DNA of 64,000 bases from Fluviicoccus sp. (GCF_030646115.1 NZ_JAUSMX010000027.1:165651-229650); one strand, 5' to 3'. Positions 39,589-49,784 are shown, counted from the stretch's first letter. Program-made: numbers and translations. Notes: generated by a model from the letters alone, not told the origin.

Positions 39589-40221
39589 TCAGCCCTGCGC
39601 CACCCCCAGCAAGGCTGTTTCCGCTGCCGCCACCAGCGCTGTTGTCTCCTCTTCTCCGCCGTCTCCGCGTGACAACTGTACCGTCAGCCCCTCAATCAGC
39701 GCAATCATCAGCCGCGCCCGTCGCGCCAGTTCCGTCTCGCCCAGCCCCGGGGCCACGCCCTGCACCAGCCGCATGAACTGCTTGCGCTCACGCTGGCGCA
39801 CCTGGTCAAGCACTTGCGCCGCCGCCGGGTGGCGGTTGGCCAGCGACCAGATTTCCATGAACACCCCCCCGACTTCCGGCCGCCGCGCCTCGGCCAGGAA
39901 CAGCGCCATCGCCGCCCGCAGCCGCGCTTCCGGCCCGGCGTCCGCCAGCGAGCCGCTCAGCTCCGCCACAGCGGCCTGATACAGGTCCATCTGCACCATC
40001 AACACCGCTTCCACCAGCGTGTCCTTGTCGCGGTAATAATGCTGCACGGTGCTCAGGCTGACCCCCGTTTCCGCCGCCACGCCGCGCATGGAGAGCCCGG
40101 CATAACCCTCGCGGGCAAACAGCCGCCGCCCGGCGTCGAGGATTTCCTGAGCGCGGCCCATGCCTTTGCCGGTGGTGCCGGAGTCTTTCTTCTTCAATGA
40201 TTCAATCACGGTGTCGCGCAT
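39589..40221 (-). CDS. TetR family transcriptional regulator
   Basis: ILDAGRRLFAREGYAGLSMRGVAAETGVSLSTVQHYY. Confidence 0.92.
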   Translation of the reverse strand: MRDTVIESLKKKDSGTTGKGMGRAQEILDAGRRLFAREGYAGLSMRGVAAETGVSLSTVQHYYRDKDTLVEAVLMVQMDLYQAAVAELSGSLADAGPEARLRAAMALFLAEARRPEVGGVFMEIWSLANRHPAAAQVLDQVRQRERKQFMRLVQGVAPGLGETELARRARLMIALIEGLTVQLSRGDGGEEETTALVAAAETALLGVAQG

Positions 40222-40276
40222 GCGGAAACGGCCGGTCACAGGAAATTCGGGTGTCTATTCTCCAACCGGTTGACGA

Positions 40277-40325
40277 ATCGGTCAACTGACCGATAGTATC
40301 CGCGCCAATTAGGTCAACTGACATA
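40277..40325. promoter_or_regulatory. Tandem TetR-type operators
   Basis: Inverted repeat ATCGGTCA-AC-TGACCGAT (40277-40294) and imperfect copy TAGGTCAACTGACATA (40310-40325) in the divergent intergenic region. Confidence 0.7.
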
Positions 40326-40353
40326 GACCCCTCGCCAAGTCCCGGAGAACACC

Positions 40354-41499
40354 ATGAACACCGCCAAAAAACGCTGGATGGATTCTGACCTCGAACTTTA
40401 TCGCGACAATGTCCGCCGTTTCGTGCAGACCGAAATTGCCGCCCACGGCGAGAAGTGGGCCAAGCAGCAGCATGTGGACCGGGAGGTATGGCGCAAGGCC
40501 GGGGAGCTGGGCCTGCTGCTGGCCGACGTTCCGGACGATTTCGGCGGCAGCGGCGGCAACTACGCACACATGGCGGTGCTGTTCGAGGAACTGGCCTACG
40601 CCGGTGACCGCGCCTTCGGCGCGCATGTACACGCCATTGCCGCGCACTACATCCTCAACCTCGGCACCGAGGAACAGAAGGCCAAATACCTGCCGTTGCT
40701 GGCCAGCGGCGAGATGATCGGCGCCATTGCTATGTCCGAGCCCAATGCCGGTTCCGACCTGCAGGGCACCCGCACCCGCGCCGTGCGTGACGGCGACGAA
40801 TACGTGATCAACGGTTCCAAGATATTCATCTCCAACGGCTATCTGGCCGACCTGATCGTGGTCGTCACCAAGACTGATCCGGACGCCGGTGCCAAGGGCG
40901 TGTCGCTGATGCTGCTGGAAACGAAGAACGCCCCCGGCTTCAAGGTTGGCCGCATTCTGGAGAAGCTGGGCCAGAAAGGTCAGGACACCTGCGAGCTGTT
41001 CTTTGACGATGTGCGTGTGCCGGTGGCCAACCTGCTGGGCGGCGTGGAAGGCAAGGGTTTCTACCACCTGATGAGCGAACTGCCCTACGAGCGGCTGATG
41101 CTGGGCATCGGCGCTATGGCGATCATTGAGCGCGCGCTGGATTTGACGGTGACCTACACCAAGGAGCGCAAGGCTTTCGGCAAGCCGCTGTTCGAGATGC
41201 AGAACACCCGTTTCGTGCTGGCCAACCTGCAGTCGCAGGCGGTGATGGCGCGGGCCTTTGTGGACGACTGCATCCAGCGCATGATTGACGGTGAGCTGGA
41301 TACGGTGACGGCGTCGATGGTGAAGCTGAACCTGAGCGAGCTGGAGTGCAAGGTGATGGATGACTGCCTGCAGTTCTTCGGCGGTTATGGCTATATGCTG
41401 GAATATCCGATTACGCAGATGTATGCGGATGCGCGGGTGCAGCGGATTTATGGCGGCACGAGCGAGATTATGAAGGAGATTATTGCGAGGTCGATGTAA
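40354..41499 (+). CDS. Acyl-CoA dehydrogenase
   Basis: AIAMSEPNAGSDL, INGSKIFISNG, ERLMLG, QFFGGYGYM, IYGGTSEIMK. Confidence 0.95.
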   Translation: MNTAKKRWMDSDLELYRDNVRRFVQTEIAAHGEKWAKQQHVDREVWRKAGELGLLLADVPDDFGGSGGNYAHMAVLFEELAYAGDRAFGAHVHAIAAHYILNLGTEEQKAKYLPLLASGEMIGAIAMSEPNAGSDLQGTRTRAVRDGDEYVINGSKIFISNGYLADLIVVVTKTDPDAGAKGVSLMLLETKNAPGFKVGRILEKLGQKGQDTCELFFDDVRVPVANLLGGVEGKGFYHLMSELPYERLMLGIGAMAIIERALDLTVTYTKERKAFGKPLFEMQNTRFVLANLQSQAVMARAFVDDCIQRMIDGELDTVTASMVKLNLSELECKVMDDCLQFFGGYGYMLEYPITQMYADARVQRIYGGTSEIMKEIIARSM

Positions 41500-41614
41500 G
41501 CATTAGCGGGACTTGGGCCCTCCTGCCTGGCAGGGGGGCTGCCTGCAGGGCCGGGGGGTAACGGCGGTGCGTTGAACGCTGCTACAATGCACCAAATGCG
41601 TTGGAGAGCCGTCC

Positions 41615-41857
41615 ATGTATGCCCACCGTCAAATTTATGATAGCCCGCAAGATACGATTCCCGTGCCTGAGTCGATGCGTCATCAGCGTATGGAAGTCAT
41701 TTTCATTCGGCTGGATGACCCCGCCCCGGCACCCGCCGCTATGGGCTTGGGAACGCAAATGGCCGGTTTTTTCAAGGGCATCCCTCCGGCTGCGAGTCCG
41801 GATGAAGAGTTGAGCCTGCCTGCCAAAGAATACCCGTCGGCAGTGACGTTTGAATGA
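41615..41857 (+). CDS. Probable antitoxin of the VapC gene
   Basis: 80 aa with acidic C-terminus; TGA overlaps the ATG of the PIN gene. Confidence 0.65.
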   Translation: MYAHRQIYDSPQDTIPVPESMRHQRMEVIFIRLDDPAPAPAAMGLGTQMAGFFKGIPPAASPDEELSLPAKEYPSAVTFE

Positions 41858-42270
41858 TTGTCCTCGACACCAATATCATTTCGGCATTGATGCAGCCGCA
41901 GCCGAACGACAAAGTCATTGCCTGGCTGGATATCCAGCAACCCCGTGATTTGTACCTTCCCAGCATTGTCATTGCGGAAATCCGGTATGGACTGCAGCGT
42001 ATGCCTGTTGGGGTGCGGCAGGTCGCTTTATCACAGCAATTCCTGTTACTGGTGCATTCACTGTTTGCAGACCGGATCTTGCCTTTTGGGCAACACGAAG
42101 CTGACGCGTATGCGGTTTTGCGCGCCGCCCGCGAATCCATGGGGCGCCCGATGAGTATGGGGGATGCGCAAATTGCCGCCATTGCTCACGTACATCACTA
42201 CGCTGTTGCCACGCGCAACATCAAGAATTTTGAAGGGTGCGGTATCGGGTTGATCAATCCGTTTGAGTAG
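41854..42270 (+). CDS. vapC: VapC/PIN-domain toxin
   Basis: MIVLDTNIISALM, AEIRYG, DAQIAAIA, ATRNIKNF. Confidence 0.92.
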   Translation: MIVLDTNIISALMQPQPNDKVIAWLDIQQPRDLYLPSIVIAEIRYGLQRMPVGVRQVALSQQFLLLVHSLFADRILPFGQHEADAYAVLRAARESMGRPMSMGDAQIAAIAHVHHYAVATRNIKNFEGCGIGLINPFE

Positions 42271-42282
42271 TTGGGTCAGGCC

Positions 42283-42304
42283 GTAGGGTGCGTCAAGACG
42301 CACC
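42283..42304 (+). repeat. Second-class REP
   Basis: GTAG followed by hairpin GGTGCG-TCAAGA-CGCACC. Confidence 0.65.
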
Positions 42305-42353
42305 ATATTCCACCTCCGCACCAGCAACCGAATATTCTGTGAATGGAGAGCGT

Positions 42354-43685
42354 ATGTATCAGGTCCCACCGGAAGGGAACGCCTGGCTGGTCATCATTGT
42401 GACATGTCTGGTCGCGCCTCTATCCCATGCCGGCATTGACTGTTCCCGGCAACTGACCGCGATTGAATCCCAAATCTGTGAAGAGCCTTTGCTGAGTCAA
42501 GACCGGCAATTGAACCAGCAGTATGCGGCAATCCTGAAACTGCCTGACGTGGACAAGGCCCGTGTCCGGGCCGGTCAAAAGCGGTGGCTGTCCACGGTGC
42601 GTGATGCCTGCAGCGATTACACGTGCCTGAGCGAAGCCTACAGCAAACGTCTTCTGGAGCTTTGGGAATTGCGCATGACGCTGACGGAAATTGAGGATAA
42701 ACCCTTGTCTTCCGCTGTCGCGCGCCGGGACTGTCAGGCCATTGCTGCGCTGGCGGACCGTCGGGCGCTGGCTCCTTACCTGATTCCCGGATATGACCGG
42801 CAGGACACCGGCATCAAATTGGCTGAATGGGAAGTTACGGCTTCTGAAGCCGGGAAATACGAAGATCGGATGCTTTCGGATGCCTACCGCATATACCGAC
42901 TGCGCACGGGCAAGCAAAACAGGCTACAGAGATTCGGTGAGTTTGCGAGTGGAGGAACGTGCTCCTGGCGCCATATTTTCAGCATCGACCGGCTGATCTC
43001 CGGCAAACCGGTGCCCATTCTGGATGAGCTGAATGAACAAGAAGGGAGCCTTTCCTACGATACGGATACGCCCATCTTTTTTCATCAAAGAAACTACATC
43101 CTGAATTCCTCCACAGTGAATTTTGAACGCTCTCTCGTGGGCATCAGTTGGGTGCGTCCGGACGGCGGTATGACGCCCGTCTGCCATGTGTCAAATGCTC
43201 GCGAGCCGCGCATCATGGAAAGCCGGTTGCCGGAACTGTGTGAAGGCATCCTGAGCGGCGTCATCAAGCCCCTTGAAGGTCAGTTGCAGCTGCTGCCGAG
43301 CAAGGAAGACCAGCCAGATGTCATAGCCAGGTTTTTTCATGACCCGCCTAATGCAGAGGATTTTCGCTTGATCAGGATCGATCTGGAGGGTGATGGCAAG
43401 GAAGATCAGCTTGGCGTTTTCGAGGAGTCCAGAATGGCAGGGTGGGGCTTTACCTTCCAATGGCTCTATGCCCTGGACCGACCCGGCGAGCCGGGTAAAC
43501 AGAAATCCTTGAATGCCCTGCTTGACCGCTCCGAAGCAAATACGATTTACAGCTACCGCGGGCAGGCTTATTTCCAGGGCACTGACTTGGTGTATGACTG
43601 GAAGATCTTCCGGATACGCGATGGACAAGTCGAGCCTGTTTGCCGGTTCCAGAATCCCAATACGGTTGAACTGGTGCATCCCTGA
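42354..43685 (+). CDS. Exported LprI/DUF1311-domain protein with unknown C-terminal region
   Basis: GIDCSRQLTAIESQIC...LNQQY...QKRWL..RDAC.DYTCLSEAY..RL. Confidence 0.78.
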   Translation: MYQVPPEGNAWLVIIVTCLVAPLSHAGIDCSRQLTAIESQICEEPLLSQDRQLNQQYAAILKLPDVDKARVRAGQKRWLSTVRDACSDYTCLSEAYSKRLLELWELRMTLTEIEDKPLSSAVARRDCQAIAALADRRALAPYLIPGYDRQDTGIKLAEWEVTASEAGKYEDRMLSDAYRIYRLRTGKQNRLQRFGEFASGGTCSWRHIFSIDRLISGKPVPILDELNEQEGSLSYDTDTPIFFHQRNYILNSSTVNFERSLVGISWVRPDGGMTPVCHVSNAREPRIMESRLPELCEGILSGVIKPLEGQLQLLPSKEDQPDVIARFFHDPPNAEDFRLIRIDLEGDGKEDQLGVFEESRMAGWGFTFQWLYALDRPGEPGKQKSLNALLDRSEANTIYSYRGQAYFQGTDLVYDWKIFRIRDGQVEPVCRFQNPNTVELVHP

Positions 43686-43819
43686 GCGAGTGGCTCCTGA
43701 CAAGTTTTATCAGCACGATGCTTTGCGGGCGTGTCTGGCGGGGGCAACCCCCCGATGCCTTCGCATCGCCCCCTGTTGCACAGGAGGGAAGAATTTATCA
43801 GGGGGATAATCAAAACCCC

Positions 43820-44500
43820 TCAATCCGTCGGTGTCCCCGCATCCAGCGTCAACGTAAACCACCCCCCGGCAATATGCTTGTGGGTCCACACCCCCAGCAA
43901 CACCACCCGGCCGTTGTCATCGCTCAGCAGCTTGAAATAATCCTTCCACGGCTGGTGGTCATAGTTCATCGTCGCCGTGGTTTCACCCCGCCAGCGGATG
44001 TCCGTCATGCCCACATTGCCCCACAACGGCACCGGCGAAAAAAACCGGTCCTTCCAGCTGAACAGCAGTGGATCACCCTTGTCAGCCGTGCGGTAGCGCT
44101 TGCCCCAGGCCAGCCCCAGCTTGGTCAGCGGCCGCACAATCGCCCATTCCGCCAGATCCAGCACCGAACGGTTGGTGCGCACAATGCGGCCTTTCCAGGT
44201 GTGGCCGATCAGGTCGTCGCGGGCGCTGACGGCGGGCAGGGCGTCATAAAGCCGCACCAGGTCCTGCTCGTGAAAGGCGATGTCGGCCCCGCCCAGCAAT
44301 TCCTGTTTCAGCGCGTCCACGGACTTGCCAGTGCCGCTGACATCCTGCGTGTCAAAGCCGTGTCCGTTCCACACCGACTTGTCCGGTTGCAGATAGCACA
44401 GGCCACCGATGGCGTAGTTCAGCGGAAACATGGCCAACTGGACCAGGTCATAGGCCACGGGCGGGAAGTAAAGCACGACACGGTTGTTGGCGATTCGCAT
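43820..44500 (-). CDS. GXWXG/DUF4334 domain protein
   Basis: LIGHTWKG, WGKRY, TATMNYDHQPWKDYFKLL, VLLGVW. Confidence 0.75.
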   Translation of the reverse strand: MRIANNRVVLYFPPVAYDLVQLAMFPLNYAIGGLCYLQPDKSVWNGHGFDTQDVSGTGKSVDALKQELLGGADIAFHEQDLVRLYDALPAVSARDDLIGHTWKGRIVRTNRSVLDLAEWAIVRPLTKLGLAWGKRYRTADKGDPLLFSWKDRFFSPVPLWGNVGMTDIRWRGETTATMNYDHQPWKDYFKLLSDDNGRVVLLGVWTHKHIAGGWFTLTLDAGTPTD

Positions 44501-44557
44501 GGACAATGCTCCGGTGAGACACGTGGGAAACCATATTAGCAAACGTTCGATAATTAG

Positions 44558-44573
44558 GAATGAACGTTCATTC
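44558..44573. promoter_or_regulatory. Perfect palindrome, probable TetR-type operator
   Basis: GAATGAACGTTCATTC, upstream of the DUF4334 gene. Confidence 0.55.
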
Positions 44574-44639
44574 ATTTATGGTAGAAGTGTGTTCACCGGC
44601 TGTCAATACCTCCCTGTCGGGACTTTGGCGCTTGGCCGC

Positions 44640-46337
44640 TTAAAATTCACTCTGTGACTGAACGGACCACTGGAAGCTCTTCACCCGCCCGCGATCGGTC
44701 AGTGGCATGGCAAAGTCCAGGTGCATGACATGGGTCGGCCGCGCCTTGGAGGAATTCACCCGCAGGCCGAAGCCCACATCGGCCAGCACCTTGTCACTCT
44801 GCACCGTGGCGCCGGTGGTGTCCCAGGCCTTGCCTGCATCCACAAACGCCGCCGAACCCAGCCGGAACAGATGCCAGACATGCTTGTTGTAGAAGTGCCG
44901 GCGCTCCACGTTCAGCAGGACGCGGCGGTCGCCGCTCTGCCATCCGGACGGGTAGCCGCGCAGCAGGGTGTCGCCGCCGGCCTTGAGTACCTTGTCGCCC
45001 GCCAGATTGTTGCCGGCGTCAACGCCCAGATGGGCATGCCAGCGATTATTGTCGTTGATGAAGAAGTCGTAGTTTGTCGAAAATCCATACACGGAATTGA
45101 TGAAGGAGCGCTGTTGTTCGTCCCAAAAGAGGTCGGCCTGCGCCGAGGTGCGCAGCAGGTGGTGCGTGCCATAGCCGATGGTGTTGTCATAGTTCATCAG
45201 CGTCCGCAGGGCGTCGCGGTTCGAGCGCATCCAGCCGTTGGTGGCCCCGACGCGCACCCGCCATTCCTCGCCGATGTTGACGTCTTCGTTGCGGAACAGC
45301 TGCGTCAGGTTGGAGGTGGTGACATAGGCGTTCTCGCGCCGCTCGTATTCAATCCAGGGGTAGGAAATCTGGTTGTCCGGCGGTATCGGCGCGGTGAATG
45401 CCGGGTCCTGGTTGCCATAGGCCTCATGGTCGTAGGTGACGCCAAGACGCCAGCGCCGCACGGCGCCGTCGCGCGGCGGCCGGGCAAAGCCGACATGGGC
45501 CTGCACGTATTTTCGCCGGTCATCATAACGGTTGGTGATGACGCCGCCGGGGTTCTCGGTTTCGGCGCGCAGATCATCCGCGCCGTCGATGCCCGCCGCC
45601 CAGCGAGTGTCGAAGGCATAGAACGGTCGCTCCAGCTTGAAGTCCATGCGGCGGCCGTCATCGTTCTTGGCATAGCCCAGACCCAGTTCGGTGTGGCCGT
45701 CCATCAGGTGCTTGCTGTTGAAGGACAGCACGATCCCGCTGCGGTCGGCATTCTTGTCCCAGGACAGGTTGATGCTGTGGCCATAGCCCAGGATGTTGTC
45801 GTCGGTGATGCCGATGGAGGTGCTGTTCTGGCCGCCGGCGCGCTTGAAGGAGGCGGTGGGCTGCAGTGTCCAGATGTCGCGCCCCACCACCCGCAGGCTG
45901 ATGGTGTCGCCGCAGACACGTTCAGGAACAATCATGGCGTCGTACAGGTAGCCCGCACCGCGCAGGATGCGTTCGCTTTCGTGCAGGCGGTCGACATCGA
46001 GCGGCTCACCCTCCTTGATCAGCAGTTGCTTGCGCAGAACTTCCGGGCGGGTGGGCACGTGCAGGCGGTTGGCGCTGCGGTACAGCAGGTTGTTTTCGTG
46101 TTTGTCGGCTTCGTTGAAGATGGGCAGCGTCTGCACTGAGATGTGATCAATGGTGCGGCCTTGCCACGGGCCGAAGTCGATCGATTTCCGGGTTTTCACG
46201 AATTCAAACAGACGTGGGTCTTCCGGGGTGAACAGCGGTGCACAACCGTCCTCAGCCCCGGCGGCCAGGCCGGACGAGCCGCTGACGAGGGTCGCGAGGA
46301 CGGCTCGTTGCAGGGTGGTTGCCAGGGCGTGGCGCAT
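44640..46337 (-). CDS. Omp85/BamA-TamA-like outer membrane protein
   Basis: Signal peptide, POTRA-like region (LHESERILR), LRGYPSG, GSAAFVDAG, DVGFGLR, terminal Phe. Confidence 0.8.
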   Translation of the reverse strand: MRHALATTLQRAVLATLVSGSSGLAAGAEDGCAPLFTPEDPRLFEFVKTRKSIDFGPWQGRTIDHISVQTLPIFNEADKHENNLLYRSANRLHVPTRPEVLRKQLLIKEGEPLDVDRLHESERILRGAGYLYDAMIVPERVCGDTISLRVVGRDIWTLQPTASFKRAGGQNSTSIGITDDNILGYGHSINLSWDKNADRSGIVLSFNSKHLMDGHTELGLGYAKNDDGRRMDFKLERPFYAFDTRWAAGIDGADDLRAETENPGGVITNRYDDRRKYVQAHVGFARPPRDGAVRRWRLGVTYDHEAYGNQDPAFTAPIPPDNQISYPWIEYERRENAYVTTSNLTQLFRNEDVNIGEEWRVRVGATNGWMRSNRDALRTLMNYDNTIGYGTHHLLRTSAQADLFWDEQQRSFINSVYGFSTNYDFFINDNNRWHAHLGVDAGNNLAGDKVLKAGGDTLLRGYPSGWQSGDRRVLLNVERRHFYNKHVWHLFRLGSAAFVDAGKAWDTTGATVQSDKVLADVGFGLRVNSSKARPTHVMHLDFAMPLTDRGRVKSFQWSVQSQSEF

Positions 46338-46488
46338 GGCGGGGAAAATTACCGGAATCCAAGGATTGCACCATCGTAACAGGGTTGACTTAAGGGAATC
46401 TTATGGGTTGGTGTGGCGAACGTAACTGGCGGGAAGCGGTCATCAGGGCGGGAAAAAGGGCGCAGACGTGTGCCGTGGCCTGATTCGC

Positions 46489-46797
46489 TCAGTATTCGTT
46501 ACCCGGCGCTTTATTGAGATGCATTTTGTCTTCCAGCATTTTGGACATGCCGGTGGCCTGGGGCGCAGGCGAAGGCGTATCCGTGCGCAAATAGCGGTCC
46601 CAGAAGCCATAGGCCAGGGCGCCCCACAGCAGGAACATGATGACGAGCTGGAACATCGTCTTCGGCTCCTTGTCATTGATGGCCTGCCGTGTGCTGGTTT
46701 GCGTGCTCTTGATGTTGAACGAGTCGCAGGCGGGACACTTTCCCCCCGGAAATTTCTGGCTGGATTTGTTGCCGCAGTCGTTGCAGATGTAGGCCAT
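46489..46797 (-). CDS. Small zinc-ribbon membrane protein
   Basis: YICNDCG...KCPACDS followed by one TM helix. Confidence 0.72.
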   Translation of the reverse strand: MAYICNDCGNKSSQKFPGGKCPACDSFNIKSTQTSTRQAINDKEPKTMFQLVIMFLLWGALAYGFWDRYLRTDTPSPAPQATGMSKMLEDKMHLNKAPGNEY

Positions 46798-47054
46798 GGC
46801 GGTGCTTGCAGGCGGTGGATGTCTAACCGGAAACATACATGGCTTCCCGGCTGAAAGCCAATGGAAGGCTAGCGGTTTGGCGGTTGCAGTAGGCTGAAGA
46901 TCATTTTCCTGTGGCACAAGTCCGGACGCCCGGCAAACACATCCAGACGCCCAGTCAAGTCACCGCCCTGTGAATTCCCTAAGTTAGGCGATAGCAGACC
47001 CGGATACCCGGGCCGTCCCTGTCCCCGACACAAGAACAAACCGGGAGTTCCACC

Positions 47055-48575
47055 ATGATCTACGCCAACCCCAACCACGAAGGCTCCGTCATCCACTTCA
47101 AGGGCCGCTACGACAACTACATCGACGGCGGCTGGGTGCCACCGGTCAAGGGCCAATACCTCGACAACATCAGCCCGGTCAACGGCGAGGTGTTCTGCCA
47201 GGTGCCGCGCTCCACCGCCGAAGACATCGAACTGGCGCTGGACGCCGCCCACCGCGCTTTCACGCTGTGGGGCAAGACCTCCGCCACCCAGCGCAGCAAC
47301 ATCCTGCTGCGCATTGCCGACCGCATCGAACAGAACCTGGAAATGCTGGCCGTGGCCGAAACCTGGGACAACGGCAAGGCCGTGCGCGAAACGCTGGCCG
47401 CCGACATTCCGCTGGCTGCGGATCACTTCCGCTACTTCGCCGGCTGCATCCGCGCCCAGGAAGGCAGCATGGCCGAAATCGACGAGCACACCGTCGCCTA
47501 CCATATCCACGAACCGCTGGGCGTGGTCGGCCAGATCATCCCGTGGAACTTCCCGTTGCTGATGGCGGCCTGGAAACTGGCCCCGGCGCTGGCGGCGGGC
47601 AACTGCGTGGTGCTGAAGCCCGCCGAGCAGACCCCGGCCTCGATCCTGGTGCTGATGGAGCTGATCAACGACCTGCTGCCGCCGGGCGTGGTCAACGTCG
47701 TCAACGGTCTGGGCGAGGAAGCCGGACAGGCGCTGGCCACCAGCAAGCGCATCGCCAAGATCGCCTTCACCGGTTCCACCCCCATCGGCCAGCACATTTT
47801 GCGCTGCGCCGCCGACACCCTGATTCCCAGCACTGTCGAACTGGGCGGCAAGTCGCCCAACATCTATTTTGCCGACGTGATGCAGCACGAGGACGACTAC
47901 CTCAGCAAATGCGTGGAAGGCATGACACTGGCCTTCTTCAACCAGGGCGAAGTCTGCACCTGCCCGTCGCGGGCGCTGATCCAGGAAAGCATCTACGACG
48001 ACTTCATCGGGCTGGTGGTGGAACGGTCTTCCCGCATCATCCGCGGCAACCCGCTGGACACGACAACGCAGGTGGGCGCGCAGGCCTCCGCCGAACAGTT
48101 CGACCGCATCATGAGCTACATCGCCGTCGGCAAGGCGGAAGGGGCGAAGGTGCTGCTGGGCGGTGACGTGGCGCGGTTGGGCGCGGAATTCGACCAGGGT
48201 TTCTACGTGCAGCCGACCCTGCTGCTGGGCACCAACAACATGCGCGTCTTCCAGGAGGAAATCTTCGGCCCGGTGGTGGGCGTCACCACCTTCAAGGACG
48301 AGGCCGAGGCGCTGGCTATCGCCAACGACACCGAGTTCGGTCTGGGTGCAGGCCTGTGGACCCGCGACATGAACCGCGCCTACCGCATGGGCCGAGCCAT
48401 CCAGGCCGGGCGGGTGTGGACCAACTGCTACCACGCCTATCCCGCGCATGCGGCCTTCGGCGGCTACAAGAAATCCGGTATCGGCCGCGAAACGCACAAG
48501 CGGGCGCTGGAGCATTACCAGCAGACGAAGAATCTGCTGGTGAGTTACAGCACCAGTCCGTTGGGGTTCTTTTAA
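47055..48575 (+). CDS. NAD-dependent aldehyde dehydrogenase (ExaC/AldB type)
   Basis: [49 protein letters not shown]. Confidence 0.95.
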   Translation: MIYANPNHEGSVIHFKGRYDNYIDGGWVPPVKGQYLDNISPVNGEVFCQVPRSTAEDIELALDAAHRAFTLWGKTSATQRSNILLRIADRIEQNLEMLAVAETWDNGKAVRETLAADIPLAADHFRYFAGCIRAQEGSMAEIDEHTVAYHIHEPLGVVGQIIPWNFPLLMAAWKLAPALAAGNCVVLKPAEQTPASILVLMELINDLLPPGVVNVVNGLGEEAGQALATSKRIAKIAFTGSTPIGQHILRCAADTLIPSTVELGGKSPNIYFADVMQHEDDYLSKCVEGMTLAFFNQGEVCTCPSRALIQESIYDDFIGLVVERSSRIIRGNPLDTTTQVGAQASAEQFDRIMSYIAVGKAEGAKVLLGGDVARLGAEFDQGFYVQPTLLLGTNNMRVFQEEIFGPVVGVTTFKDEAEALAIANDTEFGLGAGLWTRDMNRAYRMGRAIQAGRVWTNCYHAYPAHAAFGGYKKSGIGRETHKRALEHYQQTKNLLVSYSTSPLGFF

Positions 48576-48581
48576 GTATTA

Positions 48582-48764
48582 CTCCCTCGCCCCTTGTGGG
48601 AGAGGGCCGGGGGTGAAGGCGGGGTTTCAAGCAGCGCTGCTGCTTGCCGCCTGAACGCCCGAAGGGCCGGAGAGGGGTGCGGAAAGCCGACAAGACACAC
48701 CGTCGGTTCAAGCCCAACCGCCGTACCCCTCTCCCTAACCCTCTCCCACAAGGGGAGAGGGGAC
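48582..48764. repeat. Inverted pair of CCCCTTGTGGGAGAGGG-type palindromic repeats
   Basis: Left arm CTCCCTCGCCCCTTGTGGGAGAGGGCCGGGGGTGAAGG matches the reverse complement of right arm CCCCTCTCCCTAACCCTCTCCCACAAGGGGAGAGGGGAC. Confidence 0.75.
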
Positions 48765-48860
48765 TAAAACCACCACTTATCCCCCCGCGCTAGCCAACCG
48801 CCCGCCACCATGCCTACACTCTCCGGAAACCACAACAACACCCCTCGCTCCGAGGTTGTC

Positions 48861-49784
48861 ATGCTGGATTCCGGACTAGCGTCACGCGCCGCCTTCAACC
48901 GCCGTCGGCAAACCCCGGCGCAGCTGGTGGAAAACCGCACCATTTACGAGCGCCACGGCGCCGAACTTTCCATTTACGACACATTTACTCCCGCCGAAAA
49001 AGTGCGCCTCGATGCCGAGGAAGTGCTGTATTGCGGCATGATCACCGGCAAGAAGGTGCTGCACGGCCAGCAGCAGTTCCGATCCGATTTCCTGCCGCAC
49101 GAGTCCTTTGTGATGGGGGCGGGCGAGACGGTGGACATTGATTTCCCGGAAGCCAGTCTGGATGCGCCGACCAGTTGCCTGACGCTGGGCATCAGCCGTG
49201 AACGCCTGCGTCAGGTCTGTGACCAGTTGAACCGCGACGAGCCGCTGCCACCGTCGCTGGGCGAGCGCGATGCGCATCGGGAGCAGATGTTCCACATCTG
49301 GCATACCGAGGCGACGCAGCGGCTGCTGGTGCGCATCGTCGACAGTTTTCTCGGCCAGGATGATGAGCGTGACCTGGTGCTGGATCTGGGCGTCACCGAG
49401 CTGCTGTCGCGCATGCTGCGGCAGCAGGGGCGGCAGTTCCTGCTGGCCTGCGCCTCCAGCGATCCCACCCGCCATGCGCTCACCGCTGTGCTGCGCTACA
49501 TTGATGACCATCTGGATCAGCCGCTGGAGGTGGATCAGCTATGCCGCCTCGCCTGCATGTCGCGCAGCAAGTTCTACGAGCAGTTCCGTGCGGCGGTGGG
49601 GTGCGGGGCGATGGAATATATCCAGCAGCGGCGGCTGGAGCGGGCGCGGGAATGGCTGGCGGCGGGGCGCGGGGTGACCGAGGTTTGCTATGCGGTCGGT
49701 TACGTGAATCCCAGTCACTTCACGCGACGGTTCCATCAGCAGTACGGGATGTCGCCGAGGGAGTACGGGCAGGGACGGCGATAG
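48861..49784 (+). CDS. AraC family regulator (likely linked to the aldehyde dehydrogenase)
   Basis: LVENRTIY..ELSIYDTF N-domain; LACMSRSKFYEQF, VCYAVGYVNPSHFTRRF. Confidence 0.9.
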   Translation: MLDSGLASRAAFNRRRQTPAQLVENRTIYERHGAELSIYDTFTPAEKVRLDAEEVLYCGMITGKKVLHGQQQFRSDFLPHESFVMGAGETVDIDFPEASLDAPTSCLTLGISRERLRQVCDQLNRDEPLPPSLGERDAHREQMFHIWHTEATQRLLVRIVDSFLGQDDERDLVLDLGVTELLSRMLRQQGRQFLLACASSDPTRHALTAVLRYIDDHLDQPLEVDQLCRLACMSRSKFYEQFRAAVGCGAMEYIQQRRLERAREWLAAGRGVTEVCYAVGYVNPSHFTRRFHQQYGMSPREYGQGRR

